A stretch of DNA of 41,929 bases from a virus, in IMG/VR virus record IMGVR_UViG_3300038443_000672; one strand, given 5' to 3'. Numbering within the stretch: position 1 is the stretch's first letter; each line of letters starts with the position of its first letter. Shown here one piece after another: positions 33,385 through 40,861 of this stretch. Under the pieces are notes generated by a model. That model searched no databases, had not been told where the DNA came from, and saw only the letters and a program-made list of their open reading frames with translations. The position numbers were made by a program, and so were the translations under genes.

Positions 33385-33690
33385 ATGGATGCTGACATCG
33401 AGCGCATCAAGGAACGCCTGGACGGTCACGACGACGATATTGCGCGGCACGATGAAGCGATCCGGCGGCACGACGAGCTTATCGCGGGCCTGCGCGAAGC
33501 CGTTGCCACGGTCGCGACAAAAGACGACGTTCACGCGCTCAGTTCGGCTATCAGCGAGACGCATGCGAAGCAGATGGCCGACGCGCTCAATTCGGTGCCC
33601 GGCAAGATCGCGCTCTTTTTCACCGGCGGCGGATTCATCGTGGCGCTCGTGGCGCTCGTTCTCGATTGGGCTACGCGCAGCCATGGATGA
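33385..33690 (+). CDS. Tail-anchored coiled-coil membrane protein (XhlA-like architecture)
   Basis: N-terminal IKERLDGHDDDIARHDEAIRRHDELI heptads with a single C-terminal TM (IALFFTGGGFIVALVALVL). Confidence 0.45.
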   Translation: MDADIERIKERLDGHDDDIARHDEAIRRHDELIAGLREAVATVATKDDVHALSSAISETHAKQMADALNSVPGKIALFFTGGGFIVALVALVLDWATRSHG

Positions 33691-33880
33691 TGAAACGATC
33701 GAAGGGCGCTTTGCGCTCGTCGATGACCGTCTCGATCATTTCGGCGAGCGGATCGACGCGATCGAGGATGGGCGCGAAGCGAAGCACGCGCGCGTCATCA
33801 ATTGGGCGATGCTCCTTCTGTTCGTGGCCGAGGTCGCAATTGGCGTCGCGGAATTTTGGTGGATGGTGCGCCATGCTTAG
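33683..33880 (+). CDS. Second tail-anchored coiled-coil membrane protein (65 aa)
   Basis: VDDRLDHFGERIDAIEDG plus a C-terminal TM (WAMLLLFVAEVAIGVAEFWWM). It overlaps both neighbours. Confidence 0.45.
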   Translation: MDDETIEGRFALVDDRLDHFGERIDAIEDGREAKHARVINWAMLLLFVAEVAIGVAEFWWMVRHA

Positions 33881-34214
33881 ACGCATCTATCTCAAGTTCC
33901 GCGACGAGGAAACGTTCCTCCGCGCTCTCTGCGTGTTCGTCGTGACGATGCTCACCCTCCATTTTGCGCGCGGGGCAGATAGCGATTGGGGCGGCACGAA
34001 CTTGACGCTATCGATCGAAGCGGCCATTGCAAGCGCCGTCATTATGAAAGAGCAGAAGCGCCAGGGCGAAGTCCAGCAGAAGCAAATGCTGGCGCTCCTT
34101 ACCCTCGCCGAGACGCAGCGCGACATGCTGGTTGACCACGCGGCGCTCCTTCGCGTGCTGCGTGACGGCGACGCCAGGATTCTGGAAACACTCACCACAC
34201 TCAAGGAGGAATGA
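33873..34214 (+). CDS. Membrane protein with a C-terminal coiled coil (holin or i-spanin candidate)
   Basis: Hydrophobic segments LRALCVFVVTMLTLHF and LTLSIEAAIASAVIM, then a helical Gln/Leu-rich tail. Confidence 0.4.
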   Translation: MLRRIYLKFRDEETFLRALCVFVVTMLTLHFARGADSDWGGTNLTLSIEAAIASAVIMKEQKRQGEVQQKQMLALLTLAETQRDMLVDHAALLRVLRDGDARILETLTTLKEE

Positions 34215-34216
34215 CG

Positions 34217-34705
34217 ATGCAAGCATGGCTCGAAAAGGCGATCGCTCTCGCCAAACAGTACGAGGGTTGCTGCCTGGAAGCGTATGCCGATCCCGTCTAC
34301 GGCTGGCGCCGCGCGACCGTGGGCTATGGGGCGACTGGCCCCTCGATCATCGAGGGGACCGTGTGGACGCAGGAACAGGCCGACGCCGACCTCCTGTACC
34401 GCATGGAAGGCATCGGCAACCACATCGACGTGCTAGTCACGGTGCCGATCAGCGACGAGCAAAAGGCGGCGCTGTGCGACCTCGCCTACAACATCGGCCT
34501 TGGCGCGCTCGCGCACTCGATGCTGCTCGCCTGCGTGAACGCGAACCACATGCAGGGCGCCGCCGATCAATTCCTGGCCTGGACTCATGCCGGCGGCGTT
34601 CAATTGCGCGGCCTGGTGGATCGACGCGCCGCCGAACGCGCGCTTTTCATGCTCGGGGCCAACCTATTGGGGGAGCCTCAGCAACAAGCGGAGGTGCAAT
34701 CGTGA
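34217..34705 (+). CDS. Endolysin, GH24 (T4-lysozyme-like) muramidase
   Basis: LAKQYEGCCLEAYADP...ATVGYG catalytic Glu/Asp/Thr pattern. AAGGAGGA lies 7 nt upstream of the ATG at 34217 (alternative ATG 34211). Confidence 0.85.
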   Translation: MQAWLEKAIALAKQYEGCCLEAYADPVYGWRRATVGYGATGPSIIEGTVWTQEQADADLLYRMEGIGNHIDVLVTVPISDEQKAALCDLAYNIGLGALAHSMLLACVNANHMQGAADQFLAWTHAGGVQLRGLVDRRAAERALFMLGANLLGEPQQQAEVQS

Positions 34706-34947
34706 ATCAAAGTTCTCCGGTCACCACCGGGGCCGCAGCCGTGAGCGGGGCGATGATCGGCGGCGTCATTGTGTGGGCGTGCGGAGCGCTCAAGATCGCC
34801 GCGCCCCCGGCAGATGTAGCCGGCACCATGGGCGCGCTCGTGCTTGCCGGCCTACACGTCGTGTGCAACGCCATCGCAAACCGCTCGAGCAAGCCCGCTC
34901 AGCCGCCCGCAGCCGCCCCGGCTCCCGCAGCACCCACCCAGCAGTAA
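34702..34947 (+). CDS. Two-TM small membrane protein with a Pro/Ala tail (holin-like)
   Basis: GTGA overlap with the endolysin. TMs are AAAVSGAMIGGVIVWACGAL and GTMGALVLAGLHVVCNAI. Confidence 0.45.
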   Translation: MNQSSPVTTGAAAVSGAMIGGVIVWACGALKIAAPPADVAGTMGALVLAGLHVVCNAIANRSSKPAQPPAAAPAPAAPTQQ

Positions 34948-34970
34948 CCACTCTCCCGAGGAATCTCACC

Positions 34971-35327
34971 ATGAAGATGCTGCTCATTGCGGCAGGGTTG
35001 TCCCTGGCCGCTCTTTCCGCTTGCTCGACGACGCAACAGGACAATCTGAACGCGTCACTAGCCAACCTGAACAAGACGAATCTGCTCGCGCTACAGGCGA
35101 TCAAGAATGGGTGCTCGGTCGTGCAGCCCACGCTCATCGCGGCCGGCGCAGCAAGCCCGCAAGTGGCCGCTGCTGCGGCTGCAAACGGCGTCGTGTGCGC
35201 AACGGCCAATGTCGCCGCTGATGCGGCGGCGCAGGCGGTCGCGGCGCAGGCAGCCAGCGCACCGGCCGTTCCTGCCGCGACACCCGCAGCGGCCACGCCG
35301 GCCACGAGCGCGGCGCCGGCAAAATGA
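34971..35327 (+). CDS. Lipoprotein (118 aa, Ala/Pro-rich), o-spanin-like position
   Basis: MKMLLIAAGLSLAALSAC lipobox with a GAGGAA RBS. There is no C-terminal TM. Confidence 0.65.
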   Translation: MKMLLIAAGLSLAALSACSTTQQDNLNASLANLNKTNLLALQAIKNGCSVVQPTLIAAGAASPQVAAAAAANGVVCATANVAADAAAQAVAAQAASAPAVPAATPAAATPATSAAPAK

Positions 35328-35938
35328 CACCGCTCAGTGCGCACGACTACGCTTTGATCGCGCAAGAGGCGTACACAGCGGCGCCGGATATTGGCGTCGA
35401 AAGCAGCGCCTCGCGCGCGATCGTGCGTGACACACCCGGGGGGCTCGTCGTGGCCTTCCCGGGCACTGACAACGCCGCGTGCTTCATTGCGGATATGGAC
35501 GCCATACCAATGGCGGTACCGGGCGTCGGAGAGGTGCACAGGGGCTTCTGGCTGGCTTGGCAGACAATCTCGGTGCCGGTGCTCGCCGCCGTCAACGGAC
35601 GCCCCGTGACGTTCGTTGGGCACTCGCTGGGCGCTGCTATTGCGATCATGGCGGCCGTCGAGTCGCAGCTATCGGGCATTCCGCCCGCTTCAATCTATGG
35701 CTTTGGACCGCCGCGCGTCGCGCCGTCGTGCGCCGTGCGCGCGCTGCTCGCGCCGGTTCCGACGCGGCTATTTCGGAACGGCAACGACCTAGTGCCGAAC
35801 GTGCCGCTCGCGTGGAAGCATGCCGGTGTGCTCGAGCAGATCGGCACCCAACTCTATCCCTTCCCGAACGTCGAAGATCATCGGATGGCGCGCTATGTCG
35901 CAGCCGCGCCCACCAGTTCGGCCTTAACGATAGCCTAG
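35324..35938 (+). CDS. Class-3 lipase family alpha/beta hydrolase
   Basis: VVAFPGTDN, GEVHRGF, FVGHSLGAA nucleophile elbow, FGPPRV, NGNDLVPNVP and EDHRM. ATGA overlap with the lipoprotein gene. Confidence 0.8.
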   Translation: MTPLSAHDYALIAQEAYTAAPDIGVESSASRAIVRDTPGGLVVAFPGTDNAACFIADMDAIPMAVPGVGEVHRGFWLAWQTISVPVLAAVNGRPVTFVGHSLGAAIAIMAAVESQLSGIPPASIYGFGPPRVAPSCAVRALLAPVPTRLFRNGNDLVPNVPLAWKHAGVLEQIGTQLYPFPNVEDHRMARYVAAAPTSSALTIA

Positions 35939-36411
35939 AACGCGATCCTGCCGAAGATCGCCACGCAGTTGTACCCTTCCTTCGCCGCCGGCGGAATGTA
36001 CGTCGCCTCGATCGACAGGCGTTTGTAGGTCACGCCGATGCTCGGCAATGCCCCCGGGCCATGGTGCCCGCTCCCGTTCAAATACCCCGCGCGCACGGTC
36101 GCGAAGACCGCGACATTGCTCGATACCGGCACCGTGAACTGATAGCCGCCGTAGACGGTATAGGCCTGCTGCCGAAACGTGTCGCGGTAGGTCAATCCGC
36201 CGACGAGCCATTGTCCGTGCCATGCGTTGCCCCGGTATTCAAGGCCCCCGCCCCAATTGTATTGATTCACGTCATAGCCGCGCCGGCCGGGCGCCAGTTG
36301 ATGGCCGAAATGCCACGACTTGCCCATGAGCAATAGGTCGGTTTCGGCGTGCGCGGGGAGGGTGACAGCGAGAATCGCGGCGGCCGAGAGCAGTGCGCGA
36401 AAGAGGTGCAA
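35935..36411 (-). CDS. PagP-like outer-membrane beta-barrel protein (lipid A palmitoyltransferase family candidate)
   Basis: TTG start. Signal peptide MHLFRALLSAAAILAVTLPAHA|E. KSWHF, NWGGGLEY, GNAWHG, YRDT, TYIP and the terminal RIAF align in order with E. coli PagP TWHARF, PWGGGFG, GNWHG, FKDS, TYIPG and RFQF (from memory). Confidence 0.5.
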   Translation of the reverse strand: MHLFRALLSAAAILAVTLPAHAETDLLLMGKSWHFGHQLAPGRRGYDVNQYNWGGGLEYRGNAWHGQWLVGGLTYRDTFRQQAYTVYGGYQFTVPVSSNVAVFATVRAGYLNGSGHHGPGALPSIGVTYKRLSIEATYIPPAAKEGYNCVAIFGRIAF

Positions 36412-36423
36412 GCTAGATGCGCC

Positions 36424-36640
36424 ATTCCCGTTTTGGGAATTTCGACCTGTGTTTACGAACAGGCCTGGAAGCGCGGAGCCTTGTCTGTATTGGGGTGGCT
36501 GATGGGACTCGAACCCACGACAACAGGAATCACAATCCGAGCCGCCAATCCCAGCCAAGCGCGCGTTAGCGCCGAAACGTGGGAATTTTAGTGACGAAAC
36601 AATGCTTGATTCGTAAGCGTTTTTCATAACGGATTCCCAC
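36424..36640. other. attP region
   Basis: tRNA-His-derived core flanked by four (T)GGGAAT/ATTCCC(A) boxes at 36424..36429, 36435..36440, 36581..36586 and 36633..36638, with AT-rich spacers. It is directly downstream of int. Confidence 0.6.
36491..36538 (-). other. 3' 48 nt of a tRNA-His gene (attP core), not an intact tRNA
   Basis: Minus strand reads GGATTGTGATTCCTGTTGTCGTGGGTTCGAGTCCCATCAGCCACCCCA: GTG anticodon loop, T-arm and acceptor 3' end with CCA. No D-arm or 5' acceptor lies upstream. Confidence 0.8.
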
Positions 36641-36643
36641 GGT

Positions 36644-37660
36644 TTACAGTGCCTTGCGGCGAACGATTTTGGTGCGGTCGTAGACGCGCGCCGTTGTCGC
36701 CGGATTGGCGTGCAGATCGGGTAGTGCGCCACGCTGGGCCTTGTATTGCGTGACGTGATAGGCCCGCAGATCGTGGAAAGTGAAGCGCTTGGCGATCACC
36801 TTCTCGGCGAGTGCGCGCGTCATCAGTTTCGCCCACATGGCTTTGAATCCCTCGGGCGTGTAGTGCGTCCCGTACCGATTCGAGAACACGTACAGGCAGT
36901 CGTCCTTGCGCGCCGCGCGCAGCCTTTGCAGCAGTTCGGCAATCGCCGGGGTGATTTCGACATGCTCGATCACCTCGCCGCGCTTCCTGCCGCGCTGCTT
37001 GGCTCGCTTGGTGCGGATGACGCCGGCCGCCTCGTCGATCTGCGGCCATGCCAGATCGATGAATTCTGCCTTCCGGTTGCCCGCCAGGGCCGCGTATTCG
37101 GCCGCCATGCCGATCATGGCGCGCTGCCCACCTAACGCCGCGATCCACGTCGCGAACGCCTTGAAATCGGCCGGATCGGGTGCCTCGGTGCGCGGCTGCT
37201 CCTCGTTGCGCCGGACCTCGCGGCAGGGGTTATGCTTGGCCTCGCCGCGCTCGATCGCAAGGCCGATCAGGTTCGAAAGCAGGGCGATTTCGCGGTTGGC
37301 GCGCACCGGCGCCTCGGCGCGCTCCACGCGCAGGTAGCGGGCCACGTCCGGCGCTTCGATGATCGACGCTCGAGCCGCGCCAAACGCTCGCAGCAGCGGG
37401 CCGGCGCATTGCTCGTAATCCCTGCGCGTGGCGTCGGCGAGACGCTTCCAATAGATCGACGCTTTGTACTGCTCCCATAGGCGCTCGATCGTGCCGATAT
37501 TGTCGCCCTGGCCGGTCAGGTCTAGCACGCGGCGCACGGCCTCGTTCTTGTCGCTGCCCAGCTTGATCGGCTTGCCGCCCACCGGGTGATAGCGGTAGGT
37601 GAAGCCCTTCTTTGTCGGGCGTGCTTCCATGCGCGGAAGCAGGCCATCGCGCGGTTTCAT
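36644..37660 (-). CDS. int: Tyrosine integrase
   Basis: LAGNRKAEF (Arg), FHDLRAYH (H-x-x-R) and TTARVYDR (Tyr). The likely start MKPRDG is in an ATGA overlap with xis. Confidence 0.85.
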   Translation of the reverse strand: MKPRDGLLPRMEARPTKKGFTYRYHPVGGKPIKLGSDKNEAVRRVLDLTGQGDNIGTIERLWEQYKASIYWKRLADATRRDYEQCAGPLLRAFGAARASIIEAPDVARYLRVERAEAPVRANREIALLSNLIGLAIERGEAKHNPCREVRRNEEQPRTEAPDPADFKAFATWIAALGGQRAMIGMAAEYAALAGNRKAEFIDLAWPQIDEAAGVIRTKRAKQRGRKRGEVIEHVEITPAIAELLQRLRAARKDDCLYVFSNRYGTHYTPEGFKAMWAKLMTRALAEKVIAKRFTFHDLRAYHVTQYKAQRGALPDLHANPATTARVYDRTKIVRRKAL

Positions 37661-37860
37661 GCTGCCTTCGTCCAGTTGATGCCGCTCTTGCGCTGCTCGG
37701 CTCGCGGCGCGTTGATCTGCTCCCAGGTCAGAAGCGGATGGCCGTCGGCTTTGCGCGGCGGTTTGAACCCAAGATTGCGCTCGATCCAACGGATTTGCGC
37801 GGCGCCTTGCTTGAGGCCGCCCGTTAGCTGCACAAGCTCGTCATTGGTTACGATGCTCAT
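37657..37860 (-). CDS. xis: Excisionase-like protein (DUF4224-type)
   Basis: MSIVTNDELVQLTGGLKQGAAQIRWIERNL. It lies immediately upstream of int. Confidence 0.6.
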   Translation of the reverse strand: MSIVTNDELVQLTGGLKQGAAQIRWIERNLGFKPPRKADGHPLLTWEQINAPRAEQRKSGINWTKAA

Positions 37861-38405
37861 CGCCCCTCCTTCGATCCAGCCTGAGCGGCGATAGCGTCCA
37901 CAGCATCGTCTAACGTTCGCGCTTTGACCTCGTAGAAGCCTATTGGAGTATCTGGATACCAGTAGATGCGAACCTCTTCGCCCTGCGTGGGTTGTTCGTA
38001 GAAGAGCTTCGCGTCATTTACCTCGACTCCGCCCGCAATGCCTTGCGTCAGTGTCTCGCGCATCAGACGCCACTTCCCCGCGTCCTGCGTATCTTCGCTC
38101 GCCGCTGCGGCTGGCGGGTGGGCGAATAGCGGTCTCTTCTCGCATTTAAGGCCCGACTGCTTGCAGTAGAAATCTGCGTCCGACTCGCTGTCAGCATATG
38201 ACCAAGTATCGCTATCGCCGACGCGAATCGCCCATGCGACCGGCTTTTGGTTCGCGAGCTCGGCGAGTTCGTCCTCTGCCTTGATCCGCGCCTCCGATTC
38301 CTTCGTGAGACTGTCTAGCGACGAAGCGATGTCGTGTTTGAGCGCGGCGAGTTCGGATTCGAGGGCGGCGACTTTTGCTTTTAAAGCTTCGACTGTTTCA
38401 TCCAT
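37857..38405 (-). CDS. Hypothetical coiled-coil protein (Ead/Ea22-like style)
   Basis: N-terminal heptads, then KPVAWAI...LFAHPP. The start is 38405 or 38423, both overlapping the HNH gene 3' end. Confidence 0.5.
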   Translation of the reverse strand: MDETVEALKAKVAALESELAALKHDIASSLDSLTKESEARIKAEDELAELANQKPVAWAIRVGDSDTWSYADSESDADFYCKQSGLKCEKRPLFAHPPAAAASEDTQDAGKWRLMRETLTQGIAGGVEVNDAKLFYEQPTQGEEVRIYWYPDTPIGFYEVKARTLDDAVDAIAAQAGSKEGR

Positions 38406-38889
38406 GATTTGCAAAATCACCATGAAGCTCCTCCCTTTTTGCTCTCACAACTTCAGCTGCTTTTTGAGGTGTCTCGTGTATGCCTAAATAAATTTGTCGT
38501 CCGTCTTTGTTTATAAATGCACTCCATTTATTGGATGCCTTATGAAATGAAACTACTTTTATTCCGCTAGTGTTAGTGATTCCTATAGAGGTATTGCAGT
38601 TGTTTTGTCCAATAGTGGCTTCTCGCAAATTTGAAATCCGATTGTTTGATTTACATAAATCGATATGGTCTATCTGGCATTTTGGCCAAACCCCAAAAAC
38701 AAGAAGCCATGCAATCCTGTGAGCAGGATATTTTTTTCCACATATTTCAACTTGTAAGTATCCTATCGTGTTTATGGATCCAGCCAAATCTCCCGCCTTC
38801 ACTTTCCCCCTGTCTTCCTTCCAATATAGATTCCCGGTTTCTTTGTCGTATCTAAGTAGCCGCGCGATTAGGTTTGCTGTGTCGGTCAC
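38398..38889 (-). CDS. HNH homing endonuclease with a C-terminal AP2 DNA-binding domain
   Basis: YPAHRIAWLLVFGVWPKCQIDHIDLCKSNNRISNLREAT..QN (HNH_3 pattern) and KWSAFINKDGRQIYLGIHETPQKAAEVVRAKREELHGDFA (AP2). The gene is conspicuously AT-rich. Confidence 0.85.
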   Translation of the reverse strand: MTDTANLIARLLRYDKETGNLYWKEDRGKVKAGDLAGSINTIGYLQVEICGKKYPAHRIAWLLVFGVWPKCQIDHIDLCKSNNRISNLREATIGQNNCNTSIGITNTSGIKVVSFHKASNKWSAFINKDGRQIYLGIHETPQKAAEVVRAKREELHGDFANHG

Positions 38890-39131
38890 TTATGGTTCTC
38901 CAATGCCTCAACGAAGTTTCGTTCCTGGCGAGTCCACGTGTCAGGCTTGTGCTCGCCGATCTTTAACAAACGGTCGCGAAGCTCGTTCGTCTTATGCTGC
39001 GGGCAAAAATGGACGGTCTTCGGCAGGTAGCCTGTGAACCAATCCCACCCTTGCGACTCCGGCCGCGTCTTTTCCGGGCATACCTTTCCGCAGACAAGAC
39101 ATCTTCCGAGCCGGTTAAGTAAGACGTTCAC
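38886..39131 (-). CDS. Cys/His-rich hypothetical protein (81 aa)
   Basis: CLVCGKVC...FCPQH zinc-finger-like spacing. GTG start in a GTGA overlap. Confidence 0.55.
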   Translation of the reverse strand: MNVLLNRLGRCLVCGKVCPEKTRPESQGWDWFTGYLPKTVHFCPQHKTNELRDRLLKIGEHKPDTWTRQERNFVEALENHK

Positions 39132-39307
39132 GATTTCTCCTTAGCGATAGCGCGGATGGCGTCAGCTACGTCACCTTCATCCATTAGCCAGCCTTTCGAT
39201 GCATACCATTGCGCAACCCGCTCTATCGTCGCGGCTTCGAGGGCGGCGGCGAAGTCGTAAAGACTGCTGTTGGACTTGAAAAGTCGATCGATCTCTTTCG
39301 GCGTCAT
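39128..39307 (-). CDS. Hypothetical small protein (59 aa), below the ORF-track cutoff
   Basis: ATG at 39307 preceded by GGGAGAAGGGAA. Translation begins MTPKEIDRLFKSNSSLYDFAAALEAATIERVAQWYASKGW. The stop overlaps the next GTG start. Confidence 0.5.
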   Translation of the reverse strand: MTPKEIDRLFKSNSSLYDFAAALEAATIERVAQWYASKGWLMDEGDVADAIRAIAKEKS

Positions 39308-39319
39308 TTCCCTTCTCCC

Positions 39320-39520
39320 TCAAGGCAAACAGAACGGCCCACAGCACAGACCTTTGCCCGAATCTGGGTCTTCGCTGTACCAGCGCGTATCACCGTTTTC
39401 ATAGGCCTTGCGCGATACCCATTCAGACATACCGCACCCGCATTCGAAGTGAATCTCGTCATCGACTACCTCGGGCTCCTTTCCCTGCTCCGAGAACCAC
39501 GCGCCGAAGTCTCTAGGCAT
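39320..39520 (-). CDS. Cys-rich hypothetical protein (66 aa)
   Basis: ORF with ECGCG...CCGPFC. It overlaps the upstream Lar-like gene by 8 nt. Confidence 0.55.
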   Translation of the reverse strand: MPRDFGAWFSEQGKEPEVVDDEIHFECGCGMSEWVSRKAYENGDTRWYSEDPDSGKGLCCGPFCLP

Positions 39521-39746
39521 GCTCGTCTCCTAATGCTGCGCGCCGGTTCCAGTCGCTCTTGATGTGGCCTCTGAGCCAATCGAAGTCGTGCGCGATGGAT
39601 GCATGGGTCAGTTGCATGCGGCAGCCGGTGCACTTGATCGTGAGCTTCCGGGACCTCGTGAAGTTGTTTCCTTGCGGATGCAGGCTCGGGCGCGCGCCAC
39701 AAAACGGGCAGTCGGATAGATCGGATACGTCTCGATGATCGATCAC
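39513..39746 (-). CDS. Lar-family restriction alleviation protein
   Basis: CPFCG ... CTGC ... SDWNRRA is the Lar-family zinc-ribbon pattern. Confidence 0.6.
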   Translation of the reverse strand: MIDHRDVSDLSDCPFCGARPSLHPQGNNFTRSRKLTIKCTGCRMQLTHASIAHDFDWLRGHIKSDWNRRAALGDEHA

Positions 39747-40861
39747 GACTTCTCTCCCTCTGCGTTGGCACGGTCGATGCCCAGGATTTCACGGGCATCA
39801 TCTAATGCTTTCCGAAGCAAAGCTTGGGCGGCACATCTGTCCGTGAAACTGGCGCTATTCGCTAGAATGGTGTCGGCGTTGACCAGATTCAGTAGCACCG
39901 TAAGTAAGATCGGGCTTCCCTCGCTCAGCGTCGGAGCAGTAGATGGTTTTCCGAATGCCTTTGACAGTGCTTTAAACAAGTTGCATTGCGGGTCGAAAGA
40001 AATGTGGTTCTCCGTTACCCAGTTCGTCACAGCTTCGAAAACCGCATTGCGCACAGGATCATATTTCGTCGGGGAAGTGGCGAGCGCATGACAGGCATCG
40101 CATTGATGCAGATGCTTGCGCTTCGTGTCGCTCGTGTGCCACGGATCATCAGTCGGGGCACCGCAGAAGTCACAAGTCAACGGCTCATCCGGTAGCGTCG
40201 AGGCAGTGGCGAGTGCGGCGCGGGCTTCATCGCCCCATTTCGGGAGCGACTGCCAGGCGATGATTTTGTCCCCGTTATCGCAGATGTTTTCGTAGACGTA
40301 TGCGTACTCGCCACTCATATCCATGCCGTGCATGAACCAGCCGGTGCGCGGTTTCGCTTCGTCGTCTTCGTTGTCATCGACATACGCGTTAGCGTAATGG
40401 GCTGAGAACACGAATATTTTGCTCGGGTTGTGCGCGCGACGGCATGCCACGATGAACTCGTCGGCATCTCCGTGCTTAACTGGCGGCTCGCCGGTTTGCC
40501 ACGCCGCCCGCTCGTCCACCGCCTCCCGCCCCTCAGCAGGCATTACGCCATGCGGACACAACCTGCCGCCCACATGCTGAATGAGCGGATAGCCGCACCT
40601 TGCGCATCCAGAGCCCGAATCTTTTGCCCTGTAGTGAGGTAGTCCCTCAGCAGGCGCAGCGCTGGCTGCCAGCATCCCGTGCCGTTCATGCCACTCGCGC
40701 CACGCCTGATCGCTGCGGATGCCCATCCACTCATTCCAAGCCTTGCGACGCTCGTTCATGTCGCTCGGCATCGCATCGTCTTTGCCCGGTGCCATCATGC
40801 CGGTTTCCTGCCGAAACCGCTCGGCGAACCATTCGAAGCTGGCGTTCCAATCGAAGCTCAT
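39743..40861 (-). CDS. Hypothetical multidomain protein with a DUF551-like central region
   Basis: The likely start MSFDW is in an ATGA overlap with the upstream stop. EFIVACRR...FVFSAHY...IIAWQSLPKW resembles DUF551. Several Cys pairs. Confidence 0.5.
   Translation of the reverse strand: MSFDWNASFEWFAERFRQETGMMAPGKDDAMPSDMNERRKAWNEWMGIRSDQAWREWHERHGMLAASAAPAEGLPHYRAKDSGSGCARCGYPLIQHVGGRLCPHGVMPAEGREAVDERAAWQTGEPPVKHGDADEFIVACRRAHNPSKIFVFSAHYANAYVDDNEDDEAKPRTGWFMHGMDMSGEYAYVYENICDNGDKIIAWQSLPKWGDEARAALATASTLPDEPLTCDFCGAPTDDPWHTSDTKRKHLHQCDACHALATSPTKYDPVRNAVFEAVTNWVTENHISFDPQCNLFKALSKAFGKPSTAPTLSEGSPILLTVLLNLVNADTILANSASFTDRCAAQALLRKALDDAREILGIDRANAEGEKS

Noticed and set aside
34132-35327. 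Long plus-strand ORFs 34132..34947 (271 aa) and 34587..35327 (246 aa), considered as single large genes.
   Set aside because: Their 5' parts overlap the clearly real endolysin gene in other frames and are Arg-rich junk. Only the 3' portions (34702..34947 and 34971..35327) have sensible starts, RBSs or overlaps, and membrane or lipoprotein features.
36491-36570. Possible intact tRNA-His gene on the minus strand.
   Set aside because: Only the anticodon loop, T-arm and acceptor 3' strand are present. The sequence upstream (36539..36570) has no D-arm or 5' acceptor strand, and the anticodon stem 5' side does not pair. It is an attP core fragment.
35935-36732. Full 265-aa minus ORF, considered as the PagP-like gene.
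   Set aside because: The N-terminal 107 aa would run through the tRNA-His fragment and attP. A signal peptide begins right at an internal TTG (36411), so the short form is far more plausible.
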